Assembly: GCA_012800735.1 (NCBI GenBank)
Contig: JAAZIU010000042.1
Coordinates: 36,809 to 100,808 of the forward strand
DNA: 64,000 nt
Origin: Clostridiales bacterium
GTDB lineage: Bacteria > Bacillota > Clostridia > Oscillospirales > CAG-272
Reading direction: 5' to 3'
The notes under the pieces are model-generated. The model worked only from the letters and a program-made list of their open reading frames with translations, ran no database searches and was not told the DNA's origin. The first letter of the stretch is position 1, and each line of letters opens with the position of its first letter. Both the position numbers and the translations under genes were made by a program. Below, piece after piece: positions 18,008 through 26,952 of the stretch.

Positions 18008-19486
18008 TCATCCCGCAGCCAGCGCATATTCTTCACAAGCTTTGGTGTAGTCATCAACGGTTTTAGTCCATGATTTGATGTTTTTTTCATAATAAGAAGC
18101 AAAATCCTTTGCGTTTGCTGATTTACAACAAGCTTCGGTAATTCCGTAGAGTCCTAAGTTAACACCAAGATCGTAAACGCTGCCTTTAAAAATTATATCA
18201 AGCATTTGAGAGGATTCTTCATTGCGGGAAATCTTTTGACCTAAAAGTATTTCATAAAAGGCGGGGAGAACTATCTTGTCATTCAAATAACCTAAATTTT
18301 CAACAACGGTGCCAACCATTTCAAGATCGCCGACGGTTGCCGGAATTACCATGAAGCCGGACCAGTTAAGGGTTTCATAGTTTTCCTGTGCCTCGTCATA
18401 TTTGGGCAGCGGCAGTATTCCGAAATCAGTTTCCATTTCTCGGAAAGTCGAGGCAAGGGAAAGCGGCACAAGATAAAAAAGCGCTTTGCCTGCGTTGAAG
18501 TCAACCGGCGGTACACCTCCAATATTGGGGTCGTAAGCATGTGAATACCCCCAAGTGAATGCCGAGTTTCCTGAATAGAGCATTGTTTTGATTTTGTCGA
18601 TAATATTAATCGTTTTTTCGCTGTTAATCGTTATAACAGCGCCTTGCTCTGGATCTGTCGTTATAATATACTGACCGCAAGATACCGGAATTGAGGCGAA
18701 TTGCCATCCCAGCTCTCCGACAAAGCCATATTGATCGTTTTCCGTGAATTTAGAGTCGCCATCAATGTCAAGAGATGCAAGAGAAGCATATTCGGAAAGC
18801 TTGTCCCATGTCCATTTTCCGTCAAGGGTTAACTTATAAAGATTTTCATGCACAAGGTTATCATTCAGAAGTGTGTTGAAAAAGATAGAATTGACATCCG
18901 GTAAAATAAATGAGTTTACTCCAAAAGGCAATACTCCCGCAATAGCTATACGTTCTTTTATGCTCTGATTCCAGTATGATTTATCAAGATCGACTCCCGG
19001 AACATTCAGCCAGTTGGCAACGAGACCTTGTTTAGGATAATTTACAAGGCTGGTCGCGCAATGAGTTAATGCGAGTTGATAGGTGTCCATACCCGCCAAA
19101 ACTGTTTTGTTTACCTCGGGGGCAATTGTATCGATGTAACCCTTTGTTATCCAAGTGAGATCAATATTCATAGACTCTTCGAGTTTTAGAGTCCGATCAT
19201 ATATAGCGTCGTTTACGGCTTCGCCATTATTCTCTTCGGCGAAATAATATGAATTATAAAGCGACCAGTTCGGATAAAGTATATTGAAAACGGCGCCTTC
19301 ATAATCCGCTCTCATAACATCGGGTTTGTCACCCTCATCGGTGGTTTCGGCATCAGTTTCGTCAGGAGACAATTCGGTTGTAATGCTTTGCGTGTCAGAA
19401 GATGCTTTTTCTTCTTTGCCGCAGGCTGTTAAAAACGCAAAAAACAACAAGCAGATAAGAATAAACGAAATAAGTCTTTTTTTCAT
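18008..19486 (-). CDS. extracellular solute-binding lipoprotein (ABC-type, sugar family); no adjacent permease genes
   Basis: Trimmed to MKKRLISFILICLLFFAFLTACGKEE (lipobox). The size and composition fit family-1 solute-binding proteins. Confidence 0.65.
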   Translation of the reverse strand: MKKRLISFILICLLFFAFLTACGKEEKASSDTQSITTELSPDETDAETTDEGDKPDVMRADYEGAVFNILYPNWSLYNSYYFAEENNGEAVNDAIYDRTLKLEESMNIDLTWITKGYIDTIAPEVNKTVLAGMDTYQLALTHCATSLVNYPKQGLVANWLNVPGVDLDKSYWNQSIKERIAIAGVLPFGVNSFILPDVNSIFFNTLLNDNLVHENLYKLTLDGKWTWDKLSEYASLASLDIDGDSKFTENDQYGFVGELGWQFASIPVSCGQYIITTDPEQGAVITINSEKTINIIDKIKTMLYSGNSAFTWGYSHAYDPNIGGVPPVDFNAGKALFYLVPLSLASTFREMETDFGILPLPKYDEAQENYETLNWSGFMVIPATVGDLEMVGTVVENLGYLNDKIVLPAFYEILLGQKISRNEESSQMLDIIFKGSVYDLGVNLGLYGITEACCKSANAKDFASYYEKNIKSWTKTVDDYTKACEEYALAAG

Positions 19487-19635
19487 ATTTACACCCTTTA
19501 CCCCATAACATCGGATTCTGATATTATATGTAATTATACCATTATGAGAACATAATGTCAACCGAAAAAGTGATTTTTTTATCGTCTTAGTTACATGTTG
19601 ATTAATTGCAAAACATCGGAATTTATATCTGCAGG

Positions 19636-19664
19636 TTGAAATATTAATAATAGTTTGGTATAAT
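19636..19664 (+). promoter_or_regulatory. sigma-A type promoter
   Basis: TTGAAA (19636-41), 17-nt spacer, TGgTATAAT (19659-64). Confidence 0.65.
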
Positions 19665-19705
19665 ATTCTTATTAATGTGTATTTTATATTATCGGGAGAT
19701 ATATT

Positions 19706-21340
19706 ATGCCTATAACAGATATGCTCCGCAAAAACGCGGAATTATACGGTGACAAAACTTCTCTTATCGAGCTGAACCCTGCAAAACAGGAAAAGCGCGA
19801 AGTTACATGGCACGAATATGAGCTTGTCGAACCACTAAGCTCTGACGCCTACCGTCGGGAGATAACCTGGAAGGAATTTGATAACCGCGCTAACAGAATG
19901 GCGAATCTTTTACTCAGCCGCGGTATAGGTAAGGGCAGTCATGTTGCTATTCTGCTGATGAACAGTCTCGAATGGCTTCCTATTTATTTCGGAGTACTTA
20001 AAACCGGAGCGGTTGCGGTGCCTCTGAATTATCGATATACTCCTGAAGAGATTAAATACTGTCTGGATCTGTCCGAATCCGATGCACTTATTTTCGGCCC
20101 GGAATTTATCGGTCGGATTGAAACAATCTGCGATAAGATACCAAGCGTAAAGCCTCTTCTGTTTGTCGGGCGTGATTGTCCGACCTTTGCCGAAAGCTAT
20201 GACCGTCTTGAATCGGAACAGCCTGATACCGACCCAAACATAGAAATAACCGACGATGAATACGGTGCAATATATTTCAGCTCCGGCACAACAGGATTTC
20301 CAAAGGCGATACTTCACAAGCACAGATCTCTTGTCTCGTCATGTCATGTCGAGAAAGGCAACCATAACACTACACATAATGACAGTTTTTTACTAATACC
20401 TCCGCTTTATCATACCGGCGCAAAAATGCACTGGTTTGGAACGCTACTGACAGGCGGTCGCTGCGTCATTCTCAGAGGTATAAAGCCGCGTTGGATCCTT
20501 AAAGCGGTTTCTGAGGAGCAGCTGACGATTGTCTGGCTTTTGGTGCCGTGGGCGCAGGATATACTTGACGCAATAGAAAACGGGGAAGTAAACCTTGACG
20601 ACTATAAGCTTGATCAATGGCGGCTGATGCATATCGGCGCGCAACCGGTTCCGCCCTCACTTATACACCGCTGGCTTAAAGTATTCCCACATCATCAGTA
20701 TGACACAAACTATGGGCTTACCGAGTCGATAGGTCCCGGATGTGTCCATCTCGGACTTGAAAACATCGACCATGTCGGCGCCATAGGAATTCCCGGTGAA
20801 GGCTGGAAGATACGGATAGTAGACGAAAATGGCAAGGATGTTAATCGCGGGGAGGTAGGCGAACTCCTCCTGAACGGACCTGGCGTTATGACCTGCTATT
20901 ATCGCGACGAAGCAGCAACCGCGGCCACCCTTAAAGATGGCTGGCTTTATACCGGTGATATGGCGATGCAGGATCCCGAAGGATTTATTTATCTTGTCGA
21001 CCGCAAGAAAGATGTAATTATAACCGGCGGAGAAAATCTGTATCCGGTTCAGATTGAGGACCACATTCGAAAACATAACGATGTAAAAGACGTTGCGGTT
21101 ATTGGTCTTCCCGATCATCGCTTGGGTGAAATCGCTGCCGCGATAATTGAACTTAAACCCGGTTCGTCCTGTACTGAGGCAGATATGTATGAGTTCTGTC
21201 AAGGGCTTCCGAGATATAAGCGCCCTCGAAGGATAATATTCGACGCCATCCCGCGCAATGCGACAGGCAAAATCGAAAAACCGAGATTGCGTGAGAAATA
21301 CTGCGGCAGCTCTATTGTCGAAACTCAGATACGCAACTGA
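19706..21340 (+). CDS. AMP-dependent acyl-CoA synthetase/ligase
   Basis: Contains FSSGTTGFPKAI, YGLTES, TGD, and the C-terminal GKIEK lysine motif. Confidence 0.85.
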   Translation: MPITDMLRKNAELYGDKTSLIELNPAKQEKREVTWHEYELVEPLSSDAYRREITWKEFDNRANRMANLLLSRGIGKGSHVAILLMNSLEWLPIYFGVLKTGAVAVPLNYRYTPEEIKYCLDLSESDALIFGPEFIGRIETICDKIPSVKPLLFVGRDCPTFAESYDRLESEQPDTDPNIEITDDEYGAIYFSSGTTGFPKAILHKHRSLVSSCHVEKGNHNTTHNDSFLLIPPLYHTGAKMHWFGTLLTGGRCVILRGIKPRWILKAVSEEQLTIVWLLVPWAQDILDAIENGEVNLDDYKLDQWRLMHIGAQPVPPSLIHRWLKVFPHHQYDTNYGLTESIGPGCVHLGLENIDHVGAIGIPGEGWKIRIVDENGKDVNRGEVGELLLNGPGVMTCYYRDEAATAATLKDGWLYTGDMAMQDPEGFIYLVDRKKDVIITGGENLYPVQIEDHIRKHNDVKDVAVIGLPDHRLGEIAAAIIELKPGSSCTEADMYEFCQGLPRYKRPRRIIFDAIPRNATGKIEKPRLREKYCGSSIVETQIRN

Positions 21341-21356
21341 TATAAATATCATAAAT

Positions 21357-23021
21357 ATGAAGAAGAAAATCAACGCTTTTGCAGTATTGGCGGTATTTTT
21401 CGGGCTACTGTTTATAATTGCGCCTTTTGAGTCAACGGCGGCATATGTTCCGGTAACAGCTCCGGGAGGCAAAGTTGACAGTCCGGAAACCCTTATTTCT
21501 GCCCTTGGCGGCGAAGAAGCGGCATATATATCCGACAGCGGAGTTATTACATATCTGAGCGACATTGCCGTATCCGCGCCTATTGAGATTAATGGCGGGG
21601 AATATACAATTTCCGGAACCGGCTGCCATATGACACGCAAAGACGGTTATAACGGATCGTTTTTCGTTGTAAATGGCGGAAAGCTTACACTCGGGAACGA
21701 AAAAGGAGCAAACACTCATCCTTCTCTGACTCTTGACGGAAGCGGCGATGGCGATTCTCTGATAACAGTAAACAGCGGCGAGCTTGATATTTATATCGGC
21801 ACATTACTTGCTGGCAATACCGGGTCAGATAAAGGCGGAGCAATTCTTGTGTCCGGTGGCAAGGTCGAGATTTTCAACGCAAAGATAGAAAATTGTTCGG
21901 CTGCAAACGGCGGAGCAATAGCTGTTTTGGGCGGAGAGCTGATTTCTTATGGCGGCGATTATCAAAATAATACGGCGGTCAGGGGCGGATTTGTTTATAT
22001 CGGCGCCGCAGGTAGCTTCATTGCCGGTCAGTCGGTGTTGTCTTACGATACTGCGGAAAACGGCGGAGCTATCTATAATGAAGGCAGCTGTACTTTAAGT
22101 GAGATACCGTTATCTTACTGCAAGGCTTCGGATAAAGGCGGAGCTGTATATAATACCGGCGAATTCGTTATGCAGGGCGGATACGCCGCTTATAATGAAG
22201 CCAATGAAGCAGCAGTTATCTGGAATTCCGGCAGTGCAACAATAAATGTCAGCGAATTTTCAATGAATGAAGCAGTTAATTACAGCGCGGTATACAATAT
22301 AGGCAGCTTCACCCAGATTGCTACCACTATAAGCAATAATACAGCGTCCGAATCCTGCTGCGTATATAATGGCGATGACTATGTGATAACCGAAGGCAGC
22401 ATCAGCTCAAACACCGCGATGGTTCGCTTCGGCGGTATAATAAATGATGGTAATTTCAAGGTGGATTCTGGCAGTATAAGCTCCAACAAATCGAAGGGTG
22501 ACTGCCAGCTTGGTCTTGCCATAGTCAATAGAGGGAAAATCAGCCTTAATGACAACGCTTTCCTCAGTTTCAACAACGACGTGTTGATGATCTACGGCGA
22601 AAACTCAAAGCCGGAAGTTGAGATAACAAATACACTAACCGCCAATACACCGATAATCACACTTACACCCGCCCGCGAAGACCTTTTATCGGAAAATGGA
22701 TTTAAAACCAATTACCGTTTGAAAGAAGCGCTTGTAACAGGCGAGCTGTCCGAAGTCGAAAAGCTGGCAGTAACGGTAAACGGCGCATTTAAATATAAGA
22801 TAAACGATAAGGGCAGGATTTCTTTAGACGGTATTGCTGACAATGACGAAGGCAAAAACTTAAAGATAATAGTTACTGGCGTCTGTGTCATAATCTCGGC
22901 GGCTGCCGCAGCGTTTGTATATGTCACCGTTTCCCGCAACAAGACTGAAAAAAAAGCCAAGTCAAATAAAGTTGCAGAAAAAGACGGAAAAGAAACGACT
23001 AATACCGACGACTTAGAATAA
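21357..23021 (+). CDS. secreted, C-terminally membrane-anchored parallel beta-helix protein with PMP-like GGAI repeats
   Basis: Trimmed to MKKKINAFAVLAVFF (signal peptide). It has repeated GGAI(L/A/Y) and GG(F/A)VY units. The C-terminal TM segment IIVTGVCVIISAAAAAFVYV is followed by a Lys-rich tail. Confidence 0.65.
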   Translation: MKKKINAFAVLAVFFGLLFIIAPFESTAAYVPVTAPGGKVDSPETLISALGGEEAAYISDSGVITYLSDIAVSAPIEINGGEYTISGTGCHMTRKDGYNGSFFVVNGGKLTLGNEKGANTHPSLTLDGSGDGDSLITVNSGELDIYIGTLLAGNTGSDKGGAILVSGGKVEIFNAKIENCSAANGGAIAVLGGELISYGGDYQNNTAVRGGFVYIGAAGSFIAGQSVLSYDTAENGGAIYNEGSCTLSEIPLSYCKASDKGGAVYNTGEFVMQGGYAAYNEANEAAVIWNSGSATINVSEFSMNEAVNYSAVYNIGSFTQIATTISNNTASESCCVYNGDDYVITEGSISSNTAMVRFGGIINDGNFKVDSGSISSNKSKGDCQLGLAIVNRGKISLNDNAFLSFNNDVLMIYGENSKPEVEITNTLTANTPIITLTPAREDLLSENGFKTNYRLKEALVTGELSEVEKLAVTVNGAFKYKINDKGRISLDGIADNDEGKNLKIIVTGVCVIISAAAAAFVYVTVSRNKTEKKAKSNKVAEKDGKETTNTDDLE

Positions 23022-23087
23022 AGCCTGTCATATATCTGTATATCAGCTGATAAAGCGGAGTTTTTACAATAAATCAGGAGGCGTGAA

Positions 23088-23567
23088 ATGAAGAAAGACT
23101 CCTTTGCATTAAGGCTTAAAGTTGTCGCGGTAATAGCGGCGGTCATGTGCATCGCGCTGTTTTTCGTGGTTTTTCCGTTACTCGGCAGTACTATCTCAGC
23201 AAATTATCCCGAATTTGCATACGCTTTCTGGCCATGTCTCATCTATCTTTGGGTAATGAGTGTTCCCATTTTCATCGCGCTCTGGGAGTTTTATAAAATA
23301 AGTCGTGAGATCGGGCTTGACAACTCATTTTCAGTTGAAAACTCCGTATCGCTCGACAGGATATCAAAGCTTGCAATTATAGATACTGTCCTTCTTTTCA
23401 TCGGCGTCATCGTTATGATGGCGCTGTCTCTGCTGCCGGTATCGGTGTTTGTTGCTGCTATAATTATTGCAATACTTGGTGTGGTCTTATCGGTTGTCTG
23501 CGCAGCGCTTTCGCATCTTGTTCTTAAGGCAAAAAAGCTGAAAGACGAAAATGATTTAACAATATGA
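23088..23567 (+). CDS. DUF2975-like multi-pass membrane protein
   Basis: Four hydrophobic helices. It pairs with the downstream YozG-type HTH gene, a conserved two-gene module. Confidence 0.55.
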   Translation: MKKDSFALRLKVVAVIAAVMCIALFFVVFPLLGSTISANYPEFAYAFWPCLIYLWVMSVPIFIALWEFYKISREIGLDNSFSVENSVSLDRISKLAIIDTVLLFIGVIVMMALSLLPVSVFVAAIIIAILGVVLSVVCAALSHLVLKAKKLKDENDLTI

Positions 23568-23612
23568 AATTCGCTTATGCTGGCAATAAGAAAAACGGGG
23601 GAGGGATGACGG

Positions 23613-23852
23613 ATGGCGATTAGAGTTAACCTTGATGTTATGATGGCTAAGCGCAAAATGAGCCTCATCGAGCTTTCATCAAGAGTCGGGATAACAATGG
23701 CAAATCTTTCAATTTTAAAAACCGGCAAGGCAAGAGCTGTCCGATTCGACACTCTTGATGCTATTTGCCGGGCGCTTGACTGTCAACCGGGTGATATTCT
23801 TGAATTTACTGATGACTCATTTAATAATGAGAATCATAATGATTCTTTATAA
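23613..23852 (+). CDS. XRE/Cro-type HTH regulator (YozG-like)
   Basis: MAIRVNLDVMMAKRKMSLIELSSRVGITMANLSILKTGKARAVRFDTLDAICRALDCQPGDILEF matches the YozG family. Confidence 0.8.
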   Translation: MAIRVNLDVMMAKRKMSLIELSSRVGITMANLSILKTGKARAVRFDTLDAICRALDCQPGDILEFTDDSFNNENHNDSL

Positions 23853-23867
23853 CAGGAGATTTTATTA

Positions 23868-25283
23868 ATGGGCGGATTATTTGGCGTTGTATCAAATGAG
23901 AGCTGTGTGCTGGATTTGTTTTTCGGTATAGATTATCATTCTCATCTTGGTACAAGACGCGGCGGTATCGCCGTTTACGGAAAAAATGGGTTTGATCGTT
24001 CAATACACAACATTGAAAATTCACCTTTCAGGACAAAGTTTGAGTCGGATATCCAATCCATGGAAGGTCTGCTCGGTATCGGTTGCATATCTGACAACGA
24101 ACCTCAGCCACTGATAGTTCGTTCACATTTAGGTACCTTTGCAATATCAACGGTCGGAAAAATAAACAACATTGCCGAGCTTACCCAAACAATGTTTGAT
24201 ACCGGAACCACCCATTTTCTTGAAATGTCCGGCGGCGACATTAATCCGACCGAGCTTGTTTCGGCGATGATAAATAAGAAAAGAAATATACAGGACGGAA
24301 TCGAATACGCTCAGTCTTTGATAGACGGGTCAATGACGATTCTTGTCCTCACTCCCGAAGGGATTTATGCCGGCCGTGACCGCCTCGGCCGTACACCGCT
24401 TTTTATAGGTGAAAAGGAGGGGGCCTATTGCGCAACACTTGAATCTTTTGCGTATTTAAACTTAGGATATAAAGATTATCACGAACTTGGTCCCGGCGAA
24501 GTTGTTTTTATCTCAAAAAACGGTACAGAGATTCTGAAAAAGCCGCGCAGAGAAATGAAAATCTGTACCTTTCTTTGGGGGTATTACGGATATCCTTCCT
24601 CTTCGTATGAGGGTGTGAATGTTGAAACAATGCGATATAATTGCGGACGGAAGCTTGCCCTTCGAGATAAGGGAAATGTAAAGGCGGATATGGTCGCAGG
24701 TGTTCCGGATTCGGGAACAGCTCACGCAATCGGATATTCAAACGCTTCTGGAATACCTTTTGGACGGCCATTCATAAAATACACTCCGACTTGGCCGCGT
24801 TCCTTCACACCGGTGTTTCAGGATCAGAGAAACCTGATTGCTCATATGAAAATGATACCTGTTCCGAGTCTTATTAAAGACAAAAGCCTGCTTCTTATCG
24901 ACGACTCGATTGTCCGAGGTACTCAACTTGGGGAAACAACGGAATTTCTATACAACTGCGGTGCGAAGGAAGTACATATACGTCCTGCCTGTCCGCCGAT
25001 GCTTTTCATCTGTAAATATCTTAATTTTGCGCGAAGTACATCTCTAAACGAATTGATAGCGCGCAGAGTAGTAAACGAGCTTGAAGGCGGCGCGGAAAAC
25101 GCCGATAAACATATATACGACTACACCGATCCCGATTCCCCAAAATATGAGCAAATGATTGACGGAATCCGCAGAAAACTTAATTTTACAACTCTCAGAT
25201 ATAACCGTCTTGACGACATGCTCGACGCAACTGGTATTTCACCGTGCAAACTGTGTACCTATTGCTGGAGCGGAAAAGAATAA
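23868..25283 (+). CDS. amidophosphoribosyltransferase (PurF)-like protein lacking the N-terminal nucleophile Cys
   Basis: AGGAG RBS. The N-terminus is MGGLFGV where PurF has MCGI(V/F)G. PRPP loop LLLIDDSIVRGTQ. The overall length matches a class-II GATase + PRTase architecture. Confidence 0.7.
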   Translation: MGGLFGVVSNESCVLDLFFGIDYHSHLGTRRGGIAVYGKNGFDRSIHNIENSPFRTKFESDIQSMEGLLGIGCISDNEPQPLIVRSHLGTFAISTVGKINNIAELTQTMFDTGTTHFLEMSGGDINPTELVSAMINKKRNIQDGIEYAQSLIDGSMTILVLTPEGIYAGRDRLGRTPLFIGEKEGAYCATLESFAYLNLGYKDYHELGPGEVVFISKNGTEILKKPRREMKICTFLWGYYGYPSSSYEGVNVETMRYNCGRKLALRDKGNVKADMVAGVPDSGTAHAIGYSNASGIPFGRPFIKYTPTWPRSFTPVFQDQRNLIAHMKMIPVPSLIKDKSLLLIDDSIVRGTQLGETTEFLYNCGAKEVHIRPACPPMLFICKYLNFARSTSLNELIARRVVNELEGGAENADKHIYDYTDPDSPKYEQMIDGIRRKLNFTTLRYNRLDDMLDATGISPCKLCTYCWSGKE

Positions 25284-25298
25284 AAAAGGAGATTAATC

Positions 25299-25787
25299 AT
25301 GCCTGATATGTTGGTAAAACTTTACGATCTTCCCCCCATAGGAGAAGTCGAAAGAGAAATGGCGGAAAAGAATATAGTTATCCGGAAACCTATCGGTCCA
25401 GAGAATTATTATGTTATGAATTGGATAACCGAACACTTCAGCCGTACTTGGGCAAGCGAAGCGGAAAACGCATTTTTTAACAATCCGAAGACTATTTATA
25501 TAGCTTGCCGAGAAGGCAATGACGGAAAAAACAAGATGCTTGGTTTTGCCTGCTACGACGCCACCGTTCGCGGCTTCTTCGGTCCCACCGGAGTCGCGGA
25601 GGATGAAAGACGCCAGGGTATAGGCCGCGCTCTGCTTATATATTCGTTATACGGGCTACGGGATTTAGGCTACGGATACGCAATTATCGGTTCCCCCGGA
25701 CCTATTGACTTTTATAAAAAGTCCTGCGGCGCAACCGTTATTGAAGGATCAGAACCCGGAGTTTATAAAGGGATGTTTTATAGTTGA
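25299..25787 (+). CDS. GNAT-family N-acetyltransferase
   Basis: Acetyl-CoA loop RRQGIGRALL. The gene starts 15 nt after the PurF-like gene. Confidence 0.75.
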   Translation: MPDMLVKLYDLPPIGEVEREMAEKNIVIRKPIGPENYYVMNWITEHFSRTWASEAENAFFNNPKTIYIACREGNDGKNKMLGFACYDATVRGFFGPTGVAEDERRQGIGRALLIYSLYGLRDLGYGYAIIGSPGPIDFYKKSCGATVIEGSEPGVYKGMFYS

Positions 25788-25823
25788 GGTTTTTGTTTCG
25801 ATTTAAAAAATAATATTAAAAAA

Positions 25824-25866
25824 CTTCCGAGTCAGGAGACCATTTTCTTCTGATCGGAAGTTTTTT
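25824..25866 (+). terminator. intrinsic terminator
   Basis: CTTCCGA...TCGGAAG extended hairpin followed by T6. Confidence 0.7.
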
Positions 25867-25876
25867 GATACAGCCC

Positions 25877-25954
25877 CTGGATTGAAATGTTAAGGACGAT
25901 AATATCACCTACGCTTATATCGTCGCTCCCCCCACGGGGAGCGTGGATTGAAAT
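25877..25954 (+). CRISPR. orphan type I-C-like CRISPR repeat unit: 12-nt repeat 3' remnant + 33-nt spacer + one intact 33-nt repeat
   Basis: The intact repeat GTCGCTCCCCCCACGGGGAGCGTGGATTGAAAT (25922-25954) has the I-C hallmarks: 5' GTCGC, an internal GC hairpin, and 3' GCGTGGATTGAAAT. CTGGATTGAAAT recurs at 25877-25888. No third repeat and no cas genes are in the window. Confidence 0.6.
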
Positions 25955-26073
25955 GCGTTGCGGGTCAAGGACGATTTTTAACACGTTACTTAACTTCTTT
26001 TAATTCAGAGTTTTTACTTTTTAAAATATCAGTAGTATAATAAAAGTCAATAATATTACACGAGGTCAGAAAA

Positions 26074-26634
26074 ATGACACACAAAGGAACAATAAAGCTC
26101 GAAACAGAACGCCTGATTCTTCGCCGCTTTGCGCCTGATGATGCCGAAGCTATGTTCCGTAATTGGGCAAGCGATCCGGAAGTTACAAAATATTTGATGT
26201 GGCCGACACATTCGGATGTATCTGTTTCCAAAGAGGTAATCGACAGCTGGCTGCCATTATATGAAAGCTTGAATAATTACAGCTGGGCGATTGTGCTAAA
26301 AGAACTAGGCGAACCGATCGGCAGTATTGCCGCAGTCCGACAAGCCGATGAAATCAAAATGGTTCATATCGGATATTGCATAGGGCAAAAATGGTGGAAC
26401 TGCGGTTATACTTCGGAAACATTGGCGGAACTTGTTCGCTTTTTCTTTGAGGATGTCAGGGTCAATCGCATCGAATCGTGCCACGACCACCGCAATCCGC
26501 ATTCAGGCAAAGTTATGGCGAAATGCGGGCTTAAATACGAGGGAACAATGCGGCAAAACGATACGAATAATCAAGGCATCTGCGACAGCAGCTGGTATGC
26601 AATGCTTGCGGAGGATTATTTTAAAAGTAAATGA
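26074..26634 (+). CDS. GNAT-family N-acetyltransferase (RimJ/RimL-like)
   Basis: LETERLILRRFAPDDAEAMFRNWASDPEVTKYL is typical of this subgroup. Confidence 0.8.
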   Translation: MTHKGTIKLETERLILRRFAPDDAEAMFRNWASDPEVTKYLMWPTHSDVSVSKEVIDSWLPLYESLNNYSWAIVLKELGEPIGSIAAVRQADEIKMVHIGYCIGQKWWNCGYTSETLAELVRFFFEDVRVNRIESCHDHRNPHSGKVMAKCGLKYEGTMRQNDTNNQGICDSSWYAMLAEDYFKSK

Positions 26635-26838
26635 CCGCAAAACTCAAATAACATACAAAGGTTTTGAAGGTGATGAGGTGAAGCGCGAGCTTGATTATTT
26701 CGTATGCCAAAGATCAAAAGATCATAAGTGAATTTAAAAAACAATGCGTTTCTTCCCAAAGCGGCTGTATATATGATTTTATCACAGCCGCTGAACTATT
26801 TTATAAAACAAAACCGTTTATAAGAGAAAAAAATATCA

Positions 26839-26867
26839 TTGACTTAACGACCGAAGTGGTATATAAT
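26839..26867 (+). promoter_or_regulatory. sigma-A type promoter of the M55 peptidase gene
   Basis: TTGACT (26839-44), 17-nt spacer, TATAAT (26862-67). Confidence 0.6.
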
Positions 26868-26952
26868 TATAATTGTTGCAGGATATATCGAACTGCAACA
26901 ACACGAAAAAATGACGCGAGTTTTGTTATAAATAAAAACGGAGGAGAAAAGC

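Noticed and set aside
20657-21640. 327-aa ORF antisense to the acyl-CoA ligase and beta-helix genes
   Set aside because: It lies entirely within or opposite well-supported genes, has low-complexity odd composition and no RBS. It is a typical shadow ORF. The same applies to 54499-55191 (antisense to ftsH), 33217-33867 (antisense to the FAD oxidoreductase), 13161-13781, 12060-12674, 61200-61766 and 459-893.
23088-23852. DUF2975 membrane protein + small HTH as a toxin-antitoxin or defence pair
   Set aside because: This is the widespread YozG-type HTH/DUF2975 module with no known toxin activity. No nuclease, kinase or other effector motif is visible.
25986-26231. 81-aa minus-strand ORF next to the CRISPR-like repeat
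   Set aside because: It overlaps the promoter and 5' end of the well-supported GNAT gene on the opposite strand and has no RBS. It is probably spurious. I considered a small toxin-like gene associated with the repeat unit (CreT-like) but found no supporting signal.
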